Positions 53,684 through 64,000 of a stretch of 64,000 bases of DNA are shown in pieces. The stretch spans positions 5,022,001-5,086,000 of the forward strand of contig NC_135250.1 in assembly GCF_964204865.1 (NCBI RefSeq), in the 5' to 3' direction. The DNA is from Styela clava. Taxonomy: Eukaryota. The notes under the pieces were generated by a model. The model saw only the letters and a list, made by a program, of their open reading frames with translations. It was not told where the DNA came from and made no database searches. Numbering within the stretch: the stretch's first letter is position 1; every line of letters begins with the position of its first letter. The translations under genes were made by a program, and so were the position numbers.

Positions 53684-54946
53684 GCAGTAAGAGTTAAATT
53701 TGCAAATGATGAGTCCAATAGGTCTGAATTAGCGATTCTTGGCCGTTTTCGAACTCTGATACTTTTTCCGGCTGTTTTTGTCGTAAAATATCTTCTATAA
53801 TGTAGCTTTTCCCCCACGTATTTAACAACGATTTCTTTTAAATGCCCCCGCAGTTGCAGCTCCTTTGAACGAAAATAAGTTTTCAAAGTTCATAATGTGG
53901 GGATGAAGAGCTATTTACATCAGACTACGCTCAAGAGAATAATTAGTATTTCCCGGCTAATAAGTCTACCAGGCAAATAAGACGATGTCTATTTTTAGCA
54001 CTAAAAAAGAGGGTTTTTCCATATAGCCCTCCAATAAAACGGGACAGGGAAATTGCTTCTGTTGGCCAGTTAAACACTAATATGCGCTAATAATTTTCTA
54101 TGGTTAGACCAGATCATGTTTGTTTGGTAGAATCATACTCACAGAATCATTTATTCTTAACAACGAGGTAACAATTTTAAGTTAAAAAGTGGCAATCACT
54201 TTGAACAACCTATTAATCCGAACGTTGAAATAACTTTTGAATAGGGTGTGATATGTACTACACTGCACGTCCATGGGTTTGTTAACAGCTGTGTGTTTCC
54301 CGTCTGTGTCGTTTTGCGTCAAATCGGCAAAACAAAAGGGTCATGAATCGCTTTACATCGGTGGCAGTGTTTTCTCTTTAAAGTACCGATAACGGGCTGG
54401 CTAAATATCGAGTGCTTCATTTATAATTACAAGGGAATTTTCAAACAGAATATAACAAATAACAGCTACCAGTACAAGTCAATTAAATATCATGATTGGC
54501 AAACCCTTTGGCGACATCGAGTATATAATAAAATATATCAAACCAAATATATATAAGGTTAACATAAATCATGTTTGAAAATAAAATAAGCGGATCACAA
54601 AAAAATACGATAAGTTTACCTGCCCAATAAGACGCCCCCCCTCTCCCTCGGGGTAAATACGAAACTCCTATCCTAACCATGGTAAGTAAGCCTTATTCCT
54701 TATTACCATACACAACACAGAACAACTTATAAATTTACCTACTTTCATAACGTACAGTCTCCTGTTGCTTCGGCACCAAAATTGTCCAGCAAAATGGTAA
54801 ACCTTCATTCGAGGAAAAGATTCAACTGACAATACTCCTTTGGCAACGTTATTAATGGCTTTCTCGATGCTCCCGCCATTTTTGAAGTTTGAGCTTATTG
54901 AATCTTGAGTGTATCGCAAGTTATCAGGACTTATGCTAAGGCTCAT
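52678..54946 (-). CDS. Putative ParB/Srx-like protein, copy 3 (462 aa) with long acidic DQY/DPY tetrapeptide repeat tail
   Basis: Exon 1 54743-54946, exon 2 52678-53862 (ELQLRGHL...SIRVRK...[13 protein letters not shown]...). Same splice sites and phase as the paralogs fix this as the coding frame among the several open frames in the repeat. Confidence 0.8.
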
Positions 54947-55565
54947 TTTTGAATAATCGGTTCAACAAATATAAAGTTACATATAACGGAGAGCATTTCG
55001 CCTCGGTCGCATGAACAAAATGGAGCCTTAGTTTCACCCTCCGCTTGAATATGGAGCTTGATTTCTTTTCGTTGGTAATTCCCCCATTATGTCCTACTAC
55101 CGATGTGTTGCCTAGCGTCAATCACACAAAACAAACTACCAGAAGCATGTTCCAGAACTTTCTATCATCAAATTTATGTTTTATTCTAGTAAATGTATAA
55201 CAAGCTAAATCGAAGTACTAACGGGTCAAATGATGCAATATACTGTACGCAATACATGAAACTTTTGTCTCGAAACACCTGTCGACCTCAGGCTTTGATA
55301 CCGTAGCGAATAAACAAAATGAACAGCAAACAAAAGAGAAGTGCAGAGTAAATAAAATGTAGGATAAGATTATTAGTGTACAAAATGACGTTATTTGTCT
55401 GTCTGATGCTTCGAAGTCTAAGATTTAAGAATTTTTATCACGACATTTCCTTCCAGGAGGCTGAACCAAACCACTAGTTTCGTCAATCTACTGGTATTAT
55501 AGGGATTTAATTGTGTTTCATTATAATGTATTTTATAATTCAATTCGAATGTGCAACGTTGCAAC

Positions 55566-56370
55566 ATATGGGGTGACCATAAAATCTCTTTACAATCTAA
55601 CAAAAATTATTAAAAAGTGAAATGATGATATATCTCAATGAGGGTTGTTTTATGTTAATCGGTATTTCATGAATTTTTTAGTGACACTAATATTTATTGT
55701 TTGAGATAAAAAATAAATTAAATAAAATTTCGTATATTATATGATCAAATTATATGACCGAATCCCCATGAAATAACTACTCCCCAAGATCAAGTGCAAT
55801 GTGTATCCTGGTTCATTGAGATTTAAGACAAAATCATATGTTCAGACCCAGCGAAACTACAGAAGTAAGAATGAAAGAGACCCACCATTACGTCCCTCAA
55901 TTCGTTTATGGCACTAGAAATTCGTGGAGACAGGGACGGTGTTCGATACAAGGAGAGGGGTGAGCGACCAAGAACATCCGAGGAAAACATTTAGCTAGTA
56001 AGGCAAGCCTCCAACGTTCCCCCATGAATTCCATCCGCACGACTGACACATTGTATGCTCACAAAATACAAATGTTACATGCACTTCAGCCAAACGACGC
56101 GCCATGACAAAAAGAATTTGCAGTGAACTGCAACGAATTTCTGAAGATGAAGCTCGCGCAAGTCTGTTTCAGTGATGAGACAACTTTTCGTGTCTTGGGA
56201 AAGTTACACACACACACTCTAACAATTTGGGGATCGGAAACCCTCATGCGAGTAGAGAACTTCAGCGAGATAGTCCAAAAATGAATATTTGGTGTGGAAT
56301 TATGTACAATCTAATAATCGGGCCATTTTGATGATGATGTAATATTTTTTTATAATTGTAAAGAGACTCT
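55566..56370 (+). mobile_element. Decayed Tc1/mariner-superfamily transposon with transposase remnant
   Basis: Frameshifted peptides QVQCVSWFIE, QTQRNYRSK..RDPP.RPSIRLWH*KFVETGTV (HTH region), CFSDETTF, IWGSE, QRDSPKMNIWCGIM...IIGPF; partial inverted ends tctctttacaat / attgtaaagaga. Confidence 0.82.
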
Positions 56371-57013
56371 AGGGACATTCTTGTATCTAGCGTTTAATCT
56401 ATATGAAATCGACTTTTCGACGTTTTGCTTCGGAATTACGGATACCTTTATTTTAAAAATTGATTGAAGAAATATTTGAAGAAGTAAATTAAAATATAAA
56501 CATACTCAATATTATCACACAGAACTGAATTATCCTTCAAAATCTCAATCTATGAGATATCAATGTTCAATGTTACGTCATAAACAAATGTCCCCTGCAA
56601 TAAAATCAACACATTCCACAAATAAGGTGAATTCAATTTAATAGCATCGTATAAAAATATACAATATATATAAATTACAGTATAATGTTGTAATTGGTAC
56701 CATATATGTGGGATTTGAAATTTAAGAACGACTTCTTTTTCATGTTGAACTCACTCACGACAAGTACTTGTATTTTGACAGATAATCTGCCATCACATGG
56801 CACGATTCACAAAATTCTAATACATTACTACGGTTACTACTACTCAATTTTCGCGGTCGCCTAACGGCGAAAACAAGAACGTGTTCGCTGATCATCACGA
56901 TATTTCAAAAACGAGTTCGTCCAAACATTTGCGAACGCCCCGATTCCCATCATAACAATTAAAAAACCCATCGACATCATAAAAGGTCTTGAAATTTTAT
57001 AGCATTTGGTTTA

Positions 57014-57654
57014 TCAGTCTAAAATAAAATCGTCATCTGTAAGTGTCAAGTATACAAATGAGGAGAATAATGTGTCTGCATTAATAGTTCTGAACCGTCC
57101 TCTCCGAACTCGTATACTTTTCCCGATTGTTTTTGTCGTAAAATATCTTCTATTATGTGGCCTTTCCCCCACGTAGTCAACAACGATTTCTTCTAAATGT
57201 CCCCGCATTTGCAGCTCCTATGACACGAAAATAGGAATAAATAGATTTTAAGAGTATTATTATTAAGGACCTATATAAGGAATATTCGGTGATTATTTTC
57301 AGTCTTACAGCATTTGTGGAGCCAGTTGCCATATTAACAGAATTGCTTGTTTGGTCGTTTTCGAATTCACTGTTACTAGATAAATACGAAAATGTTCTCA
57401 TGTCCGTATTTCAACTGCTCTGCAACAGCACAACTTACAAACTCACTCACTTTCATAACGTACAGTCTCCTATTGTTTCGGCACCAAAATTTTCCACCCA
57501 AACTGTAAACCTCCATTACAGGAAAAGATTCAACTGACAATACTCTTTTGGCAACGTCATTAATGGCTTTCTCTAGGCTTTTGCCATTTTTGAAGTTGGA
57601 ACTTATCGAATCTTGAGTATATCGCAAGCTATCAGGACTTATGCTAACTCTCAT
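57014..57654 (-). CDS. Putative ParB/Srx-like protein, copy 4 (135 aa)
   Basis: Exon 1 57451-57654 (ATGAAA|GTGAGT), exon 2 57014-57217 (TAG|GAGCTG...DDDFILD*); same motifs as the paralogs. Confidence 0.8.
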
Positions 57655-58894
57655 TTTTGAAGAATCGGTGTAACAAATATAAAGTTATATAAATAGAGAG
57701 CATTTCGCCTTCGTCACATGAACAATAATAATCAAGTTTCACCCTCCGCTTTAATATAAAGCCTCCTTCTTTCTATTTCCCCTTATAGAAAACATGGTAA
57801 TTCCCCATAATCTCCCCGTGTTCTACACAATAAAAATAGGTTACCTAGCTCCATTCGCACGAAATGAACCGCCAGGATTATGTTCCAGAACCTTCTGTCG
57901 TCAAAGATATATATGTTTTAGCCTAGTAAATGTATATTAAGCTCAATCAAAATACTAATGGATTGGATGGTGCAATATAGGCTGTACAAAATACATGAAA
58001 CTTTTGTCTCATTATTATTACACGGAACTGAATCATACTGTTGTGTATTTATTACGTCATAAATCGCATGACCATTCATGCGATTTACCTAACACGTTAT
58101 GTCCTTGGCCGGAGTTTCCACCAATGTGAAGTGACTCACATGCTGTGCAGTGGCGCGTTAAAACTCACTCAGTGAGGGGTAGTGGTATAAAACATGGGCG
58201 AGTCCTGAATTCAACACGGTCGAATATCTCTCGAATTTTATATATAAACTAAATACATACAGATAAGTAGTAAATTCGAGTACATTTAACGGTAACTTAG
58301 GAATATGAATTTAAAGGAATACAGAATAAGGAATACGTCGTCAAAGGAATTTATCCTCAGTAACCGTTGGCAATGTCAAAATGATTGGGTCAGTGCTACA
58401 ATAACGTGAGGACAACGCATCCATAATCATACGACATTAATAGTGCTATGAAACCATTCAATTACAGGCTTGGGTCCTACAACTGTACATGTGTTCCTAT
58501 TTCTGCAATTTGCAATATATGACGTTTTAATTGGTATACTTGTAATATACATGACAATTTGACATGACAAGTTTTATATGAATTTTATAGAAACTCAAAT
58601 TTATTTTATTCCATGCAGCAACTAAAAGTTTAATCGAAATCTAAAATAACTTTGTCGTTTAGATTTTTCGCCGTCGCAAAGCCAGATGTCAGTATATTTT
58701 ATTTCATGTGGTAGGCTATATTATAAATTTACAGTGAGATGGAAATTTCAAAAATCAACATAAAAAATTCTACTATTCTGTTGACTATAGATTCTACTAT
58801 AGTCGACAGTTGAGATGGGATGTGCAATTGTGTCTGCTAATTTTCAAGAGATACCCCAAATCGACAAAAAATTATAAGAATATATTTTGCATAC

Positions 58895-59198
58895 AACGGC
58901 ATAGCTGAAAAATCGTAGAAATATACATTTTTCAAACTTTAGTCACATGTCTTCCCGCCCAAGTGGGCGAGATTTTATTATTTGATATTGATAAAGTTTA
59001 TATAAATTCTACACAATACAATTTGAGTCGTTGGGTACAAAATTTTAAAATTATGCGTAATCCATTGCTGAAAATAACCTATTTCCCATGTATTGGCATA
59101 GCTGAAAAATCGTAAAAATCTACACTTTTCAAACCTTAGTCATATGTCTTCTCGCTCAAGTGGGCGAGATTTTATTATTTGATATTGATAAGGTTCTT
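58895..59198. repeat. Direct repeat with about 197-bp spacing
   Basis: ggcatagctgaaaaatcgta...caagtgggcgagattttattatttgatattgataa occurs at about 58898 and 59095. Confidence 0.8.
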
Positions 59199-59216
59199 AA
59201 ACTCCACAGTCTACAG

Positions 59217-60142
59217 TAGTGGTTCTCAACCTGTGGTACGCGTACCACTGGTGATACGCGGGAGCTTTTCAAGTGGTACGCGAGCAGATTTGAATTATTG
59301 CCACAATTAACCTTTCAGTTGGCTAAGATGTGTCGGCAACGCTTTATCTTCCTTGCTGTATATATTCGCTGAACAGCGTTTATGGATGTTTCCCCAAGCA
59401 TCAGTTTTCTCGTTTATTTCCGTAACTATAACCAATCAGCAATAAGTCAATAATGACGCAACACGTAACAAATGCAATTTCTGCACTCAGCCGCTCAGAC
59501 ACTTCTGTCGCTCAAACAGATATTCAAGTATGGTTGCAAACATTGCCTCGTTTTTGTAGTTTTGAGTGATATTTGTCAGTTTTCAGTTGTGTTTCAAGAA
59601 AATAATAGTGAATTAATTAAGTTAATTGTCATTAAGTCTTCCGCGGAGCTTTACTTTAGTTGCAGTGATCGAAATTGAATCTCGCAAATGCTGCGATGGC
59701 CAAGGCTAAACTTAGTTATATCAGTACCTGCAAACGGCACATGGTTGATTAATTGTAATAAAAATTATGGTTTCAAACACGTAAACCAGTTTATATGCGC
59801 CAACATACCGAAACACTCTCAGAATAAGCATAAAGTTTGCAATAGTAAAGTATAAGAGTAATTTTTCCGGGGTCAATGGTCGGGGAAACGTCCATGGCAC
59901 TTTGCGCTATCGGTCCTTGTCTTTAGAGATCGCCCTCGCCCGCTATTGCCCATCTTAAATGAAGCGATATGGGCATGTTTCTTGTTTGTTTTGCGTGTTA
60001 CGCCACAAAGGATGTAGTGCCACATTATAAAATACACCTTGCGTCTTTTTCCCCAGGCCAAAAAAGGAGCTTTGTCGGTGGTACGCGGCCATAATAAAAA
60101 CAGTAAAGTGGTACGCGTTCAGTAAAAGGTTGAGAACCACTG
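59217..60142. mobile_element. hAT-type non-autonomous element nested in the LTR element
   Basis: TIR tagtggttctcaacct / aggttgagaaccactg, subterminal gtggtacgcg repeats, TSD gtctacag / gtctacac. Confidence 0.88.
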
Positions 60143-60289
60143 GTCTACACAATGCAATTTGAGTAGAGGACTGTCATAGATACAGGTACAGGGACTGTCA
60201 TAGATATTTTAGGTCCTTTGACAATGATCCATTATTTTCGATTATATTGAAACATCAATTGAAATATCTCGTGCTATGAGTCAATTATG

Positions 60290-60760
60290 GAGGCGCAGTT
60301 CTTACCACTTCATGGCAGCTCCTGCCACAAACGAACCGCGGCAGCTCTTGCCATGGTTTTATAGCGCTATTCAGTGTTCAGTAATCAGTATTAACGATAT
60401 ATTCACAAATTATTGTACCAAATTTTAATTGATTATGCGGAATTATATCTACTTAAACCTTAACCCTAACCCCAAATCCATCAAAACTGTATCCATAAGA
60501 AAAACGTTCCAACTTACCCAATATTTGTTACCATAAGAGACAGCCCGGTCTTTACGGTCCACCTGCCGTGGTTACGACAGCAAAATTTTATCTGCCATTG
60601 GTTTTCAATTTGCTGCCGCGGTAACGGCAGCTCGTCTTTGGTTTGTGGCAGCTAAAAAGTCAGTTGCCATAGGTTTGGCCGTAGCGGCCATGGTATGGAA
60701 ATACCGTCATGATTTTGCGGCAGCTGCAGACGCCACAGAATACTTAAAACTGCACTTACA
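60290..60760. mobile_element. Palindromic MITE-like element rich in ggcagc / gctgcc motifs
   Basis: Mirrored ends gcgcagtt / aactgcac and tgccacaaac / gtttgtggca. Confidence 0.55.
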
Positions 60761-61629
60761 CTACTGCACACTGCCTATTGACCTATTCTATATTATTCTG
60801 TAGACGACGTTCTCGTATTATTTTGGACCTAATCAAACCTAACATTCGTAATCGTGTTGAAATACAAACGAGATGCAGTGCGGACGAAGAGTAACAAAAC
60901 CCTACGATCATTTAGCGTTGATGAAACAGTCCTCGTTAGAGATTATCGTGGGAGCTCAAAATGAAAACGTGGTGGAATAACAAAAATAATAGGTTCACTG
61001 ACTTATCTGGTCAGTGTCGCTTCTAATGTTAGTTGGAAAAGACATGTCAACCAGATTATTAAATCTGACATGAACATCAAGCAAGAATATAGATATGAAG
61101 AGCAACTGAGTTGAATCTGAAGATGATCCTTTTGAACATGACGAGCCTGCAAGTGTGAAACCGGATGCAACAGACAGTGTAGTACGCAAAGATCCAGTGC
61201 TTTCTCCAAACATCGAGTCTCCGCCACCGAACTCCCTTAGCGGTCGGACACCGGAAACAGCCAAATCCAACAAAGACCCCAAGGTCAACTACACACATTG
61301 AAGGACGTTACCCACTTCGGCAGAGAAAGAGACCAGATACATTTCAATTTTAAATTGCCTTTACTACATCATTTGTATATGATTGTCAGCGTCAAATCTT
61401 GTTACTAACATTTCTTATTTTTAGGAGGGAGGTGATGTGGAGTATTTATTACGTCATAAATCGCATGACTACTCATGCGATTTACTTAACACGCTTTGTC
61501 CTTGGCCGTAGTTTCCGGCGAGTCGATGGTTTGAGAAGGTCAATAAAGGAAGTCGCTACAACGTGTATACCTGTGTATTTCTTGCGAACATAATGGGCTT
61601 AGGAACACAACACATACCTTGGAACAAAA

Positions 61630-61913
61630 CAGTGGTAAACAACCGGGGACCCGCGGCCCTCCAATGTGGGCCACAGAGCAGTTGGGGTGGAGCACCATGC
61701 TAGACACAAAACGGATTTTACTTTCATGCTTGATAAATTTTTCTCATAGGCTGTTTTTCCTTTGTTGAGCGTGAATTGTCTGAACATATTGGGATTTGGA
61801 ATCTACGAATCAAAGTAACACTATAAATACCACTGGATTGAGAAATAGGGGGGTCATGAGTGCTGAAAGCCTTTAGAATGGGGCCATAGGATATAAAAGG
61901 TTGCGTAGCACTG
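61630..61913. mobile_element. hAT-type MITE, same insertion as 51782-52070
   Basis: Alignable along its length and shares the right flank cctca(a/g)aagttcaatctataatttacagata. Confidence 0.75.
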
Positions 61914-62271
61914 CCTCAGAAGTTCAATCTATAATTTACAGATAAGTAATTATGTTAATGTTACGTCATAAATAAATATACTCTACAATGAAAGCAATAC
62001 ACTCTACAAATAAAGTGAACTCGAATTAATAGCATCGTATAAAACTATATAATATATACAATATGTAAAATCAGGATATACTCTATAATGTTGTAATAAT
62101 TATGCACTTCGACGCAACTATGGCTATAACATATAAATGCTACTAATGCGTTTACAGATATAACATAGAAATTATTTTCCCAACAATATCTAATTTAAAA
62201 GGAATTCAACAAATGTAAAAGCCCATTGACTTCATAAAAATAAAAAGTCTTGCAATTTTATAGGATTCGCA

Positions 62272-63262
62272 TTACCAGTCTAAAATAATATCGTTATCAG
62301 CTTCGTCATTTGTAAGAGTCAAGAATGCAAATGAAGAGAGTAATGTGTCTGCATTAAGAGTTCTGAACCTTCCGCTTCGTACATTAACAATTCCTGACCG
62401 TCCTCTGCGAACTCGTATACTTTCGCCGGCTGTTTTTGTCGTAAAATATCTTCCATTATGCGGCTTTTCTCCCACGTAGTCAACTACAATTTCGTCTAAA
62501 TGCCCCCGCTTTTGCAGCTCCTATGACACGAAAATAAAACAAATAGATTTTAAGAGTAACATCAAGGACTTATATGAAAATATTTAGTGATGATTTAGCC
62601 TGGTTACAGGCTCACAGTATTTTTGAATCCACTTGCCAGATTTACAGAATTGCTTGTTTCGTTGTTTATTGAATCCACTGGTACTAAAATACAAAAGTGT
62701 CTCACTGCCCGGACTGCTTTGTAATATAATGCAGGGTGGTCGCTAGAAAAGCAGAAAATTTGAAGTCAGATGAGATCACGAATAATATACGTGCTGATTT
62801 CTTTTTCGATACGTTTCTCTTCTCTCCAGGATCTAGGTTGCTTTAGTTTGATACCCTTTATGTTCTATTCAATTTAATAATATTCTGACACCCGCATCAT
62901 GGAAGAAAGCAAGAAACAGCTTTGTAAATGTTATTTTTTGTAAAAATAAATAGCTTTTTGACATATTTTCTATTTTTCTAGCGACCACCCTGTCTAATAA
63001 TACATGAACGATAACATCACACACAATAAGCACAACTTAGAAATTCACTTACTTTCATAACGTACAGTCTCCTATTGTTTCGACACCAAAATTTATCATC
63101 AAATCGATAAACTTCCATTCGAGGAAAAACATCAACTGATAATACCCCGACAGCAACGTCATTAATGGCTTCGTCGATACTTCCGCCATTTTTGAAGTTT
63201 GAACTTATTGAAACTTGCGTGTATCGCAGTTTATCTGGAGTGGTAGCCTTAACCCTTTTCAT
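62272..63262 (-). CDS. Putative ParB/Srx-like protein, copy 5 (152 aa)
   Basis: Exon 1 63053-63262, exon 2 62272-62520 (ELQKRGHL...DNDIILDW*); coding sequence closest to copy 1. Confidence 0.8.
62732..62992. mobile_element. cagggtggtcgc MITE in the intron of ParB-like copy 5
   Basis: TIR cagggtggtcgctagaaaa / ttttctagcgaccaccctg. Confidence 0.82.
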
Positions 63263-64000
63263 TATTGAAAAATCGATTTAACAAATATGAGAAATTTGTA
63301 TAAATCAAATGCATTACGCTTTCGGTACCTGCACAATACCTAAGTTGCGCCCTCCGTCTCATTATGAGGCTTCACTCTTCCTATTTCCCCGTATAGGAAA
63401 CATGGTAATTCCCCATAACCTCCCCGTGTTCTACATCATAAAAGGGGTTACCTAGCTTCATTCGCACGCAATGAACTACCAGAACCGCGTTCCAGAACCT
63501 TCTATCGTAAAATTTATGTTTCATTTTAGTAAATGTATAACGAGCTATACGTTAAAGTACAAAGGATTGGATGGTGAAATATACTGTACGAAATACATAA
63601 AACTTTTGTCTCGGAAAAGCCCCCGATAACACTCAGGTTACGTTATCGTAGCGAATAAATAAAATGAACAGCAAAGGCAAATAATACAGAAGTGCAGAAT
63701 AAATATAAAGTGGAATAACGTCACTAAAGCCCAGAATGATGATGTATATGTCTGATGCTTTAATCAAGGTCCAGAATTTAAATATGACGATGTACTAAAA
63801 ATAGGAAACAATCAAAAATAGAACACGGATTATGATTTATGAATATTTCTTTTTCATAACCCAGTAAACGCACCTCATTCAACGTCTGTTCAACGAGTAA
63901 ATAAAACGTTGTGCAACGTCATTTTAGCACGGAGTGACGTGTCTGATACTTTGGGCCTAGGCCAATGATTTGAATGTGTAAATGTAATACGGGTTTTTAT

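Larger units (their letters stand above)
58039..61612 (+). mobile_element. Internally deleted Gypsy-like LTR retrotransposon with nested MITEs
   Basis: 5' LTR remnant from 58039 (tgttgtgtatttattacgtcataaatcgcatgac) matches 3' LTR 61436-61612 (TG...CA); polypurine tract aggagggagg before 61436; 5-bp TSD catac (58034-58038, 61613-61617); integrase C-terminal remnant about 60800-61350 (VLVRDYRG..K*K.G.I....G.LTYLV...WKRHVNQI; RYPLRQRKRPD). Confidence 0.88.

Noticed and set aside
52464-53800. Long ORFs on other frames of the minisatellite (GHH-rich 408 aa, hydrophobic VIILV 386 aa, MMTH 383 aa, YGSS 178 aa)
   Set aside because: By-products of a stop-poor 12-nt repeat; only the minus DQY frame is joined to a conserved spliced domain.

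Overview
AT-rich, intron-containing eukaryotic (animal, invertebrate-like; possibly ascidian, not provable from sequence alone) genomic DNA dense in MITEs and other transposon remnants. Two gene families can be rebuilt exon by exon from GT-AG boundaries. (1) A secreted trypsin-family serine protease with multiple thrombospondin type-1 (TSP1) repeats, present as two diverged copies in a large inverted duplication: copy A (+, 14260-25578, two frameshifts) and copy B (-, 35096-48014, 15 coding exons, open 788-aa frame, three tandemly amplified TSP1 exons). (2) Five copies of a small two-exon gene (+ 28374, + 30549, - 54946, - 57654, - 63262) encoding a ~105-aa domain with RYTQxSIS..F..G and NRRL motifs that I infer to be ParB/Sulfiredoxin-fold, resembling the ParB-like domains of bacterial polymorphic toxins. 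The copies are sequence mosaics with highly variable C-terminal tails, including a ~335-aa Asp/Tyr/Gln/Pro tetrapeptide repeat in one copy that is frameshifted and hit by two hAT MITEs in its sister copy. The rest is hAT and Tc1/mariner-type MITEs (several with target-site duplications and empty-site evidence from the paralogous arm), a tRNA-derived SINE, a decayed Tc1/mariner transposase and a deleted Gypsy-like LTR element. No rRNA, true tRNA or CRISPR array was seen; about 1-9.5 kb has no gene I can support.
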